From Glaucostegus cemiculus (lineage: Eukaryota), in contig CDPCPM010000073.1 in the NCBI GenBank assembly GCA_976551045.1, forward strand, positions 34,286,001-34,350,000: DNA of 64,000 bases. The letters run 5' to 3'. The position numbers were made by a program, and so were the translations under genes. The notes beneath the pieces were generated by a model that searched no databases, had not been told where the DNA came from, and saw only the letters and a program-made list of their open reading frames with translations. Of this stretch, positions 11,812 to 25,167 are shown piece by piece (the stretch's first letter is position 1; each line of letters begins with the position of its first letter).

Positions 11812-14800
11812 GTAGGCACTTTACGCAGCATCCGGACATTAGTGAACTCTGTGACTTCTCTCTTCAAATGTGTTGCACACCGAACAAAGCAGGTTTATGC
11901 AAACCATGGTTTGTGAGCCAAAATGTGAGCCCCCAGATTTTGCCAACAAAATCCACAAACCCCAAGCAACCAAGCATGATCTATTACTATCTTCCTTGCT
12001 CCTTCTGTTAAAAACAAGACAATGCTGGAAACACTCAGTAGGTCAGGCTGCATATGTGGGAAGAGAAACAGAGTTAACATATCAGCTCAAAGACCCTTCT
12101 CTTCCCACAGGTGTGGCTTGACTTGACGAATATTTCTAGCATTTTCTGTTTATATTTTAGAACTTCCAGCATCTGCAGGTTTTTTTAAATTTTAATTAAC
12201 TTCCTCATTTGTTGTTTGTAGTTGTTCTTGGTGCTGTTAACTCATTGGTGAATAAATCCACATCAAAATGCCAGATTTAAAGAAAGACACAGAGAAGTGT
12301 TATTTACATAACACTGGTCACAATCTAGACCACCCCAAAGCAGTATGGAGCCCATAAGAACCTTTACTAAACTGGTCATGGCTGTAATGTAGGAGATAGC
12401 TTGAGCAGTATGCAATGTCATGTGACTACTGATTTAAACTTTATATGTGATCCTTGAGCTGATAAAAACAAACTTCACAATGTGTCTAGCCTTGTGGCTT
12501 TTACAAGACCAAGGATGGAGTTTGTTTTGACAAATTACAAATGTATTGTAATCTGTTTTAACTTTAATTGCTTTCTAAGTTGTGGGTCTCACTGGCATGG
12601 CCAGCATTTATTGCCAATCTCTATTGATCTTGGGAAGGTGGTGAGGGGCTGCCTTCTTAAACTGCTGCAGACCTTCTGGTGAAGCTACTCCCACAATGGG
12701 CAGGGAGTATCGGGACTTAGATCCAGCAACAATGAAGGAATGGTGACATATCATGTGTGACCAGGAGGGAACTTGAGAGTCAAAGTCAAAGTCGAGTTTA
12801 TTGTCATAAGCACAAGTACATGTATTCACAGGTGCAATGATAAACTTACTTGCAGCAGCATCACAGGCACTTAGCATCATATAAACAGCATTCCTAAGAA
12901 AAACATAAGTTAAGCACAATTTTTACAAGAAAGAACACAATTAGAACAAAAAAAGTCCATTTCAGTGCAAAGTGATCAAAGTGGTCATAGTATTGCTAAA
13001 CTCTAGCGACCTTGTGCCGGTTGGTTCAAGAACCAAATGGTTGAAGGGAAGTAGCTGTTCTTGAACCTGGTGGTGTGGGACTTCAGGCTTCTGTACCTCC
13101 TGCCCGATAGTAGCTGCAAGAAGATGGTATGGCCCAGGTGGTGGGGACCTTTGATGATGGATGTTGCCTTCTTGAGGCATCGCCTGCTGTAGACACGACC
13201 GATGGTGGGGAGGGATGTGTCCATGATGCATCAGCTGTCCTTGTCCCTATGGATGGGAGTGGTTCTGGGTTGAGGAGAGGCTATCGATGAAGCCTTGGTA
13301 GATGGTTGCATTTTGTAAATAGTACACACTTCTGCCATAGTGGGGTGGTAGGAGTGGGAGTGAGTCTGTGGGATGGTTTGAGGGACTGAATACTTAAATG
13401 AAGGATATGGTGCCAATTTATTTTGTAGTCTGGTCTGGCTTAATAACAAGGATTAGTTCAATTCTGAGCATGTTTATTCCTCTCTAAGACATTAAGGTGA
13501 AATCTTACCACTGCAAAATAATAGATGGTGCAAAGTTTGCTACTATAAGTAGCACAGTGAAGAATATAAATAGTTTTCACTAGCAGTGCAAGGAATGTCA
13601 CAAGGAAACATTGCTATTGTACTTATTAATATGTCTCCTATAAATGAGTCAAGAGAAGCAAATGGGCTGGTTTCTGGAGACTGATGACCCATTAATTCAG
13701 AATCATCTGCATTTTACATTTTGGAAAGAGTCCAAAAGCTAGGCTATCTCTGGCTGATATTCCAATAAGAAGCATTTATTCATTTCCACGAGTTCCTCAT
13801 AATACAGGACCAAGGGACTTCTAGGAAATTCTTTGCACTTTTTTCACATCACCACCCACCAAAATGTGCACATTGAGGTTACCTCTCACGTTTTATTTTA
13901 GAAAGCCTGCAAGCTTATGGGTGGATAGTTCAGAGCACTTCTGCAGGTACAAGCACAAGTCAGGAGTGTGATGGAATATTGCCTACCTGTCTTGATAAGT
14001 GCAATTGCACAAATACTCAAGAAGCTTTGATGCTACCTAGGACAAAGCAATCCATTTGATTGGCACAGAATATTCATTCCTTTCACCACTGGTGCACAAT
14101 AGTTGCAGCATTCCATCAAGAAAACACACTGCATTTACTTGTCTAGGCTACTCTGATGGCATCTCCCATATCCACAACATCTACCATTAAGGAGGACAAG
14201 AGCTTCAAGTGCATGCAAACAGCACCATCTCTGGGTTTCCATCCAACTTGCACACCATTCTGACTTGGAATCTCCATTGATTCATCAACCCTGGATCTAA
14301 TTTGTGGAACTCCCCATGCAACAGCACGGTGTGGGTCATGAGGGTGGCTGAAGATCACCTTCTCAAGAGCAGCTAGGGATGGGGAATAAATACTGGCCTT
14401 GCCAGCAACACCTGCATCATGTTGAAATAATATTCATAACTATAAAGAAATGATTTTATATCCTCTTGGCTTTTCCTCCCCAACAGTGAAGACTTGTTTA
14501 AGGTGATGGCAGACAAGTTAGTAGAAGATGGCTGGAAAGACCTGGGATATAAATATGTAAACATTGACGATTGCTGGTCAGCCATGGTGAGAGATGTCAA
14601 TGGAAAGCTTCAACCAGATAAAAAACGATTCCCAAGTGGTATTAAAGGACTGGCTGATTATGTGAGTAAGTTTCTCTTCTAACATCTGTGGTCACAAGGC
14701 TGATATCACAATTCTTTATCTATGATACTCAGCACAGGTCCAAAATATAATCCAAAGGATAAGGACATCAAATAGCAATGACTTTGATGGGCTGGTGTCA

Positions 14801-17800
14801 TTTGTATGAAGCATTAGAATTGTATTTCAAATGCCAGGGTAGAACTGACCTGAAAAATATCGAGAAGACTAACTTGGCTATTCTTTACTTGTTTATGGAT
14901 GAGGTTAAAAAAAAAGCAGAGAAAATTGCAATCCATGGGGAACTCCCATTGCACCAGTATCGAGAAAGCAGTTGGGCTAGTTTATTAACTTCATTGTCCC
15001 ACAGAGTGGATTGATGACCCACTGTAAAGCTCACTGATTTTCAACTTAGTGAAATCATTTTTATTTTCATTCATGTCATGTGTTTTGCTTCTTATAAGTT
15101 TTGATTTTAATATTACCACATCAGACAATTGTAGTAAAATCTAAAATAGAAAAGGTTCTATTACCAGTTAATAGTAATCCAGAAGTCTCTTGCATAATTG
15201 TTACAGATAATTGAAACTAGTTAAAACTTTATACTTTTGGACAAATATATTTGGCAAAAGTAATTGAAACTCACTTTTAAGTGCCCAGATTAGATCTTGT
15301 TTTTGTGCATTTAATTTTAATTTTTCTTGCTTCACCTTTGGGTTCAGCTAAAGATGATGGAAAGGTTTAGCTAGAATTAGCCATTAATCATTTATCCCAC
15401 TAGTCCTTGTCAATGCACCAAGACCCCTCTACTCATCCCATGAGACATTTTGTACCAGGACTCATTGTCAACAAATATCTAGTCCTCATTATTCTGTAAT
15501 TTTTTTAAAAAGGAGTGCTTAAGAAGTTAAAACACCATTTGTTTACTACAGTGAAATGAATCATGTTGATAACCTTCTCTGATGAGTCAGATACTTTCTC
15601 AAAGAGGCAAATGAAGTATGTATTTATCTTCTGACTATAAGTACAGCAAAAGAACTTAAGAAAGTGATGTATTTATTCAAGTTGAAGCTTTATTTACTTC
15701 TTGATCTTTATTTATGCTAGGTTCATTCTAAAGGGTTGAAGCTTGGGATTTATGGAGACTTGGGTCACTCAACCTGTGGTGGGTACCTTGGTACCTTACT
15801 GGAGACAGTTGATGTTGATGCGAAGACATTTGCAGAATGGGAAGTAGACATGTTGAAGTTTGATGGCTGCAACTCCAACTCCACTGAAAGATCAATAGGT
15901 ACCTCTCCAAGACTTTTCAGTGGCAACATCCCATTTAATCTACCTTACTGAATAAAATGGAAGATGCTTGTTAAAAGATCAGTCCTATTTTCAAACACTT
16001 GTGTCAGTTGTGCACTAACATCCTAGTAATTGAATAAGTCAATATTTTACTGTATGTTTCAGTTTGTAATATTGTAAATAACACCAAAATTCTTTTCCTT
16101 TAGAAGTCTGTCATCAGAATGAAAACAAAATATAAGTAGCGACTAAGATGCTAATTATTGGCAAGGACTATAATTGGAACTAAGATTGCTGTTATTTCTT
16201 GTTCATCAAAGCTAATGTCAGTATTCTATTCCCCAGGTTATCCAAAGATGAGCCATGCTCTCAATGCTACAGGGAGACAAATTGTCTATTCCTGCAGCTG
16301 GCCAGCTTATGAAGATGGTTTACCACCAAAGGTTGGAGAGAGAAGTTTTTTATTTCCTTCTCTTAACACTTTAACAACTCTAACTCAAAATATTTTTGAC
16401 CATATGAATGTGATGCTGTATCATTTTGGCTCAGTGTTGTCAAGAAGTATCTGTATTCATTTTGCCAGTAAATTATTGCTTTCATTTTGTGCCTAAAAGT
16501 AATTTCTTTTTAACAAAACAGGAGTAATTACAAATAAACTGTAAAAAAAATGTTCAGACACCCTTGGTGATCTATCACTTTCACATCAATGACAAGCATT
16601 TTCAGATGAACAGATATGAGTGATTGTTGTGTTGCTTGAGCACACTAACATTAAGGCACCCAGGGTCACTGTGGGTTGGTATAAAGTCATAAAGAAACTC
16701 CCAGTTGTTCAACCAGAACAGCCAGAACCTTTAGCAGTCAAACCCATCAATAGTTTAGCCTCTTTCTCACATTCTTTAATATCTCCATAACTCCTTGAGC
16801 TTTCTGGCATCTCATCTTCTCGACCTCTGAATGCTCAGTTTTAGGCTCTTCAGATAAATCGATGTGGGGCTTTTCATTAGGATTAGTTGCTCAGAACTTC
16901 ATCCTCTGTTGGTGCTGCTATTGCATAGTCGCCCCCAATGTTCATTTCATTGAAATCAGTGGAAGGATTAGAACACAATGAGAATTAGATGGTAGTATGT
17001 AGCACTTCAATTGTACAGACTGGGGATGAATTCTTAGGCAGTTATCTTCTATAAAGGGTTATTGTGCTGTACTTAATGTCCTCCAATTCCAGAGACCAGT
17101 CTGCATGATGGAAAGTTAAAGTAAACTATCACCTGAGTTCACTTGCAGCTTGTGTCTTAACTTACACCCTGATCCCATTCACCCATCACCCAGTCCCAAC
17201 TAGTCTGCATTGGCTGCTGCTCTGGCAATGCTTTGAACTTCTCATTTTTGAGGTCCCTCCAGAGCTTCACTCTTCCCAGTCCCTATAATTTCTACAATGC
17301 TCTGCATTCTTCCATTTCAGCCTCTTGCATATCTCCAACATGTCTCGCTCCACAATTACATCCATGCTCCAGGTTGTGTTGGCCCTGTGGGCTGGATTTT
17401 TTGCCCAAGACCACACCGCCTCTCTCTTTCTCCTTTGCTCCAATGCATTTATGACACTAAAGCTTCCATATAAGTTGCACTGCTGCTGGCTACCCATTAT
17501 TGCACTAAACACTTTCTTTGTATTCTTCCTTCCTTCAGGTGAATTACACTCTAATTGGTGAACTCTGCAACCTTTGGAGAAATTACGATGATATCAATGA
17601 CTCATGGAGTAAAGTGTTAGCAATTATAAATTGGTTTGGAGATCACCAGGAAGATTTGCAGCCAGCAGCAGGTCCAGGAAGATGGAATGATCCCGATATG
17701 GTACAGCAACCGTGCACACTTTGCAACAATTTAGCTGTCAGTCACCTGTTGGGGTATGCTCTTCCTATTCCCGACACCTAGGTACACAGTGGACAGATGG

Positions 17801-20800
17801 ACAAGAGAAGGACTTACTATGAGACAAAATCACACGTTTAAAATCAAGTTACTAATGCAAACTACTACAATAGGAATTAATTCAGTGGCAGGCAGGTCGT
17901 AAATAAGTCACAGTTGAGGTATTATGCAATGCCTCAAACTATTTATTATCAAAGGTACTGATTTACACGGCATTTTATGGTTCCCAATACATTGGAAATT
18001 GAATTCCTTTTATTCCAAATTTAACCTTGAATGTACATAACAATGGAGCATCCACAGGCTTCTGGAAGGAGATTTCTAAAGATCTACAACCTTCAGAGTA
18101 AAGAAATTCTTGTTATCTTTTTCTAAATGGCTTACCTCTTACCTTATGACAGTGGCTCTTCATTCTCGATTCTCCAGCCTGAGGAAACCATGACTCAGTC
18201 TCGACTCTTGTTACTGCACCTCAGAGCCTTAACCGTCTCAATGTCACTAAGTGTAAAATGTGAAGTGGACTCTCAGAATCCTGAGTATGGTCCATGGCAA
18301 GTGTGGATTATTGGCAAGCATGTATCGCATTGGAAGAATATGTAGAAAGAAAAAAGATTAGCGAGGGCAGGCAAGGGCCCCTTACGGTCAGAGACATTTA
18401 TAATGGGAAATAAGGCATTGACAGATAAATTAAGCAATTACTTTGTGTCTGTCTTAGACCATAGAAAAACTACAGCACAATTCAGGCCCTTTGGCCCACA
18501 AAGCTGTGCCGAACATGTCCCTACACTAGAAATTACTGGGCATTCCCATAGCCCTCTATCTTACTTAGCTCCATGTACCTATCTAACAGTCTCTTGAAAG
18601 ACCCTATCATATCTGCCTCCACCACTGCTTCCGGCAGCCCATTCCACGCACTCACCACTCTCTGAGTAAAAAATATTACCCCTGACATCTATATCTACTC
18701 CCCAGCACCTTATACTTATGTCCTCTTGTGGCCACCATTTCAGCCCTGGGAAAAAGCCTCTGACTATCTACACGATCAATACCTCTCATCATCTTACAGA
18801 AGACCCCTACACAGAAGACACACAAAACCGGCCAGATACATTAGAAAATCAAGGCTCTAGGGAGAATGATGAAGGAACTATTAGTCTAAAAATAATACTA
18901 CAGAAAAGTTGGTGAGTTTGAAGGCTGATAAATCCCAAGGATGTAATGACTTACATCCCACAGTTTTGACAGAAGTGGTTTTAGAAATGGTGGGTGCTCT
19001 GGTTATCATCTTCCAGTATCTATTGATTCTGTACTTCTCCCTATAAGTTGGAGGGTAGCAATTATGACCCTGATCTTTAAGAAAGGAGAGAAAGAGAGAA
19101 CAGGAACTACTGACCTGTTAGTTTAACATCACTGGTAGGGAAAGTGCTGGAATCTATAATGAAGGATGTACAGCAGAACACCTTTAATAGAATGAGACGA
19201 CTGAGCAGAGCCAACATGGATTTATGAAAGGAAGATCATATTTGACTGATCTGCTGGATTTCTTTGGGAATGTGACTAGTAGAATAGGTGAGGAGGGGAA
19301 ACAGAGGTAGTTGTATCTGTTTTTGTTTGGAGGGCATTCAATTAGACCCCACGCTGGAGGTTGATCAACAAGATTAGAGCAAAAAGAAATGGGGATGATA
19401 TACTGCCATGCATGGAGAATTGGTTATCAAACAGTAAAAAATAATGGGAATAAATGGGTCATATTTAGATTGGCAGGTTGTGACTAAGCTGGGTCCTGAG
19501 TGATCAGTGTTTGGACCCCAGTACTTCACCATCTATTGCTGAGGGGACTCAACGTCACAGTTCAATGTTTGCTGATAATCGAAAACTAGGTGGGATTTTA
19601 AATGTGGCGGAGGATGTAAAAAAGCTTCCTGGGGATATGGACCAGCTGAATGAGTTGGTAAGAATATGAAAGATGAAGTATAATATGGAAAGATGCGACG
19701 TTATCTACTTTGGTGAACCTACCTGAAAAGCAGAGAACTTGCTACGTGATGAGAGATCGGGTAGTGTTGATGTTCAAAGGGACAAGGTGTGTTTGTACGC
19801 TGGTCACTGAAGACCAACATGTAGGTACAGCAAGTGATTAATAAAGCAAATGGTATGTTCGTCTTTATTAGGAGAAGGTTGAATATAGGAGTAAGGAATT
19901 TTCAGTGCGATTATAATAGTGCCTCAGTGAGGTCACTGGAGTATTGTGTAAAATTTGGTTTCCTTATCTAAGAATGTCAAAGTCAAAATTGAGTTTAATG
20001 TCATACACACAAGTACCTGAAAGGATGTACTTGCTATAGCGGGAGTGCAGCAAAGCTTCACCATGTTGGTTCCACCGATGGAGAAACTGGATAGACAGAC
20101 TGTATTCTCTTAAGTTTAGAAGAATCAGGGGAGATGCCATCAAAAAAATACAAAATTCTCAAAGAGCTTAACAGGGTAAAGTCAAAGTTGAGTTTATTGT
20201 CATATGCACAAGTACATGTATACACAGATGCAATGAGAAACTTACTAGCAACAGCATCACAGGCACATAGCATCAGAGACACAACATTCACAAGAAAAAC
20301 ATAAATTTTTCAAAATTATACATGAAAGAACACAGAACAGAAAAAAAAACATTGTAGCATGAAGTGGTCAGTGGTCTTAGTGTTGCTCTACTGATTAGGG
20401 TTGTTGTACAGGTTGGTTAAAGAACCGTATGGTTGAAGGGAAGTAGCTGTTCTTGAACCTGGTGGTGTGGGACTTCAGACTTATACTCCCTGCCTGATGG
20501 TAGCTGTAAGTAGATGGCATGGCCTGGATGGTGGGCATCTTTGATGATGGAGGATGTTACTGGATGCAGGGTGGAACTTAGCGCTGTCTGAGGAGTCTTG
20601 GACCAACAGGCCAGTTTCAGAATAGTGGGTAGGCCATTTTAACACTGAGAAGAGGAAATATTTCTTCACTCAGCAGGTGGTGAACCTTTGGAACTTCCAG
20701 AAAGCTGCAGAAGCTCAGTTATTATGTTCATTCAAAACAGAGATAAGTAGATTTCTGGGCATTAAGGGAATCAATGGGAAACAGGGATAGTTCTCGAGCA

Positions 20801-22462
20801 TGGTGCTGAGGTAGAAGATGCTGTGATCATTTGAAAAGTAGAGCAGGCTTGAAGGCTTGGGTGGATTACTCCTGCTCTTATTTCTTTTTGCGTGGTGCAT
20901 TTATTGGTTAAAAGACTGGGAAAAGTCCTTTTGCTATAAACCACATTCCCACACAATGTCTCCCATACTTTAGGAACATAGAACATTAAAACACAGGAAT
21001 AGACCCTTTAGCACATGATGTCTGTGCCAACCATGACACCAATGCAAATTGGCCTGCGCGTGGTCTACATCCCTGCAATCCCTGTCTGTTCATGTATCTG
21101 CTTCCACCACCTCCTCAGGCAGTGTATTCCAGGCACCTACCACTCTGTGTTAACAAAAAACTTGCCTTGTAAATCTCCTTTAAACTCTGCCCTCTAACAT
21201 TTGACATTTCCACCCTGGGAAAAAGACTCTATCTACCCTATCTAAGGAAGAAACATTTTTTCATGTGAATTCTAAAATTAAGATTTAGAGCCAACATTTC
21301 AAAGTACCTAACTGACCCTTGTCCTTCTGTTGTTTGCAGTTAATAGTTGGCAACTTTGGCCTTAATCAAGACCAGTCTAAAGCACAACTGGCAATCTGGG
21401 CAATATTGGCGGCACCTTTTTTTATGTCTAATGATCTTCGTACAATCTCTGATGATGCCAAGGCACTTCTGCAAAACAAGTTGCTTATCCATATAGACCA
21501 GGACAAGCTGGGACAGCAGGGTGTTAGAATTAAGAAGGTAACCATAGTTTTGTTTTCATGTGTATGTTGAGAAGATTGGGGTAAAGGGGGCGGGGTGTGG
21601 CTGAATTAACAACAACACTTTATAAAATCATTGAATTTTAAGGCACAAAAGGAAGCTATTCGGCCCATTGTGATCATGCTAGACAAAAATGGACCCGTAG
21701 GTTACTCCCATTTCCCAACTCTTGATCCATAGCTTTGCAGATTACAGCTCTTCAGATCCTTGCTAAATGTGACTAAAGTTTCTGCTTCCACCACCCCTGC
21801 AGACAGCGAGTTCTGTACTTTAACCACTCCTTGGGCAATTAAACAAACTCCTCAACTCCTCCCTGACCCATCTATCAATTTGGTAGGGAACTAGCTCCCT
21901 TCTGTTCACCGTAACTGGACTTTTCATAATTTTATGCATCTTAATTAAATCCCCCCTTGTTCTCACTTGGTACAAATTAAAAACCCTAGCCTTGTCACTC
22001 TTTCTTGATAACTACAAACAGTATACATATCGGTTTGGATCGAGACCCTTCATCAGGACCATCCTGATTGAAGGGTCTCAATTGGAAAGGTCGACTGTTT
22101 ATTTCCCTCCATAGATGCTGCCTGACCCGAGTTCCTCCAGCACTTTGTGTGTGTTGCTCCAGATTCCAGCATCCACAGAATCTCTTGTGTCTTAATTGTA
22201 GGATGAAGATTTCCAACTCTGGAAGAGGAAGCTCTCACATGGACAGTTTGCTCTAGCCTACCTCAACACAGCGGAACTAGGTGAAGCAAAGTCTTTCACA
22301 CTGAGCTTGCCTCCTCTGCATATTGAAGGCTGTTCGCATGGATACAATATCTATGATGTTTTTGACAAGAAGTTTGTTGCTTTTCTTACTTCAAACCATA
22401 CCCACAGTTTCAGAGTCAATCCAACGAGTGTTGTTCTTTTCTTTGTTCGACCCATTTGTTAA
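11645..22462 (+). CDS. NAGA: Alpha-N-acetylgalactosaminidase-like lysosomal glycosidase (GH27), 7 coding exons, 411 aa
   Basis: Exons 11645-11811, 14487-14661, 15721-15898, 16237-16331, 17539-17700, 21340-21537, 22202-22462; signal peptide, [23 protein letters not shown] nucleophile, SCSWPAY, WRNYDDI acid/base, WNDPDML. Orthologue versus paralogue status is uncertain. Confidence 0.9.
12000..12180. mobile_element. Degenerate inverted-repeat Penelope-derived short element
   Basis: aatgctggaaacactcagtaggtcaggctgc arm and its diverged reverse complement. Confidence 0.55.
12780..13230 (-). mobile_element. Rex/Babar-like LINE 3' fragment
   Basis: [18 protein letters not shown]...[20 protein letters not shown]; (gacttt)n tail. 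Confidence 0.8.
14487..14661 (+). CDS. NAGA: NAGA-like coding exon 2
   Basis: [30 protein letters not shown]...[12 protein letters not shown]; cag| and |gtgagt. Confidence 0.95.
15721..15898 (+). CDS. NAGA: NAGA-like coding exon 3
   Basis: [15 protein letters not shown]...[15 protein letters not shown]; tag| and |gtacct. Confidence 0.95.
16237..16331 (+). CDS. NAGA: NAGA-like coding exon 4
   Basis: [31 protein letters not shown]; cag| and |gttgga. Confidence 0.95.
17539..17700 (+). CDS. NAGA: NAGA-like coding exon 5
   Basis: [23 protein letters not shown]...[10 protein letters not shown]; cag| and |gtacag. Confidence 0.95.
18330..20885 (+). mobile_element. Old degraded CR1 LINE with nested younger CR1 (about 18456-18800, -) and Rex-like (about 20178-20555, -) insertions
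   Basis: Decayed CR1 ORF2 motifs (aggaactactgacctgttag, caacatggatttatgaaagg, gtttgctgat, ggagtattgtgt, ggtggtgaacctttggaac) interrupted by reverse-oriented tails. Confidence 0.8.
21340..21537 (+). CDS. NAGA: NAGA-like coding exon 6
   Basis: [34 protein letters not shown]...[10 protein letters not shown]; cag| and |gtaacc. Confidence 0.95.
22031..22192. mobile_element. Penelope-derived element with two back-to-back degenerate hammerhead motifs
   Basis: gagacccttcatcagga / tcctgattgaagggtctc inverted pair, then gatgctgcctgacccgagttcctccagc...agattccagcatc. Confidence 0.7.
22202..22462 (+). CDS. NAGA: NAGA-like coding exon 7 (terminal)
   Basis: [22 protein letters not shown]...YDVF...[17 protein letters not shown]; tag| acceptor. 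Confidence 0.9.
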   Translation, partial: DEDFQLWKRKLSHGQFALAYLNTAELGEAKSFTLSLPPLHIEGCSHGYNIYDVFDKKFVAFLTSNHTHSFRVNPTSVVLFFVRPIC

Positions 22463-25026
22463 CTGTCATGATTTTTATATCTGAAAATTTGATATAAAGC
22501 TAAAGTAAAAGAAATGTTGCTTAATTTATTGATGCTTTAAATATGTGATACACTAGAGCAGTGTGGTTTCTTAGTCTACTGGTTATTTAATCATCTAATA
22601 ATCATGATAAGACACAATGAAAACATAAATGTCCACATATGTAATATTTTAGTAGTTCGTGTTACATGCAGGTTGAAATTCTAATGAAATGTGTAACTCA
22701 AGTGGTAACTTTTCTTGTCTGCCTTGAAATTTTATACCATAACAGAGATGGCAGCTTGGAGGTTAACCATTTTATCAATGGAAGATAGTTGAAGGTCTGG
22801 ATGCTGTAATATACAGTATTTGAGCCCACAGAGCCTGATAATAAAGTCTGACATGTCATGAAAATACCAGATGTATCTAAAGAAAAAGGTCCGTAGTTAA
22901 CTTGAAAGCCTTCCCTGAAACTCTTTCCTCCAAATCACTGACTGGCAAAGACCATATTAGATTTACCCAGTATTTCATTGATATTTCAACAAGAGATTTT
23001 TTGAAAAGTCTTTTTCCATTTCTGATCTAAATGGTACACAGACAAAAGGAACTGCTTTACACAGATCTATTTATAACATATCCTTTTTTTTTCCTTTTTC
23101 ATGCCATCAACTCTGCCATTGAAATGAATAAAAACAGGAGTAAGTGATAAATATACTGTATCACCAAATATTTTATTATGCCTGAATTGAATATACAAAG
23201 AAGTGAACAATGATTATTCATGCCAAAATATTATTAGAATAGAATGCCAGACGGTATTTCAATTATTAAACAGTTATTGTAAAGCCTTTTCTACTTTGAC
23301 TGACCGCACTGACATTAGTTTCATACCACATTCTGAATTTTAATTATTTTTGCTCCATATACCATATGTGACATCAATGTTTGAGAAATAAATACACCAA
23401 CCCCATTTATCTGCCAGATGGTGGGAGTATGTCATTTTGCTTGTCATATGTAAATTATATTGTACTGAATAAAATGATGTATATATGTATCAAGTCACTT
23501 GTAAGTCAAGATCTGAAAAGAATAAATCTTTGAAATTGACACAGATAACTTTTATCCCACATGATGTGGTTACATTAACATCATGTGATCTGTTCCGTAA
23601 GCCATATCTAAATTTATGTAGTTTTGAAACAAAATAGTTTTGACACAAAATAGTCTTGACATCTGTTTTTCTATAGGTTTCACTCCCTAGAATTCAATGC
23701 CTAAACCACGGAAAGAAAACAAATTATTTAATAGCTATTTCTCTCTTTGTTCACTATTTTAAACAGTGAATATTTTACATTGACTCTGCAAATTCCTCAA
23801 TTTACTGAAAGGCATTGATACCAAAGTGAGATCTGTCATAACAGGTCACTCTGATCAGATTTTTATTGTGAATGGAACACTTTGTGTTAATCTCATAGTC
23901 TTTATCCCAACTGAATGGAATTTAACAGTGGTAGATTAGCAATCTAAAGCAATAGGTAGTGTACCATCTATGCTGTCCCACTAACAGCCCTTCACTGAAC
24001 AGGATAGTGTGTGTATGAAGACTATTTTCATCAGTACCCATAACCAAGCTGGTGAACAAACGGATTTTATATTTAGGGGTAAGCTTAATGTGTTTATTCT
24101 ACCATTGAAATGTTTTTCAAACACTACCTTACTAATGTTTAGTATCCTGTGTATTGCAACATAAGTTCTCACAACATCATCTCAGTCAATGCACTTATTT
24201 CTTGGCGCTAAATGGACAACTCCCGATTCTATTCCTCATGTTCTTGTGACATATGACATTTATTGGGAGGACCTGCCCCGACCAGATTCCATTCTCTTCT
24301 TATCCTTTGATTTCGTCAGGCAAGGAGCCCCTCCTTATCTTTTGCCCCCTTTCTCCTGCTCACGGTCACACTAGATGTTCAGCAGGAACACACCCAATGA
24401 TCCCATTTTTAGGGCTGAAAGTGCAACCATCTCCAAACACCTCAAATCTGCAAACTTGGCTAAAGATAATTCTGCAGCTCAGTTTCTCTAACTGAGCTCA
24501 CCTGGGATAGTTGTCAACAAACGGCCAACTGATTCATGCTCCTATATAGTTACTACAGAACGGAAGGTCTCACAGAGCAATCCTCTCTGTTCCATACCTC
24601 TGGTTAATTATTCCCCCTTAAATGCCTATCTAATTCCCTTTTGAATGCACTGATAGATTCTCTTTCCATCATCCCTACAGCCAGATCATAACAACATTTT
24701 GTATAAAAACAGAAGTTTATGCTCGTATCCCCCTTGTATCTTTTGGCTAAATGTTTAAATCTTTGACTGCCCCATCATCCATGAACCATCTGCTTCTCTC
24801 TAGCTACCTGATCTAAATCGTTAGGGAATTGAACACCTGTAACAAATCTCTCTCAACTTGATCCAAGAAAACTTACCCAACTTCTCCTTTTCTCAACGCT
24901 GCAGGTGCCAATTTATTTGGAATTTCTTGGTACATATTGAAGCAGATGTCACACCTGCTGTTAAATTGAATGGTATTGAACCATGCAAAGGCAGTGGGGG
25001 TTAGGACTTTGTAAGGGGCAGTTGTG

Positions 25027-25167
25027 NNNNNNNNNNNNNNNNNNNNNNNNNNNNNNNNNNNNNNNNNNNNNNNNNNNNNNNNNNNNNNNNNNNNNNNNNN
25101 NNNNNNNNNNNNNNNNNNNNNNNNNNNNNNNNNNNNNNNNNNNNNNNNNNNNNNNNNNNNNNNNNNN
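25027..25167. other. N gap (141 nt)
   Basis: Run of N. Confidence 1.

Noticed and set aside
11645-22462. Calling the gene GLA
   Set aside because: Exon layout resembles GLA, but specificity residues are SCSWPAY (NAGA type) and no BTK or RPL36A neighbours are seen.
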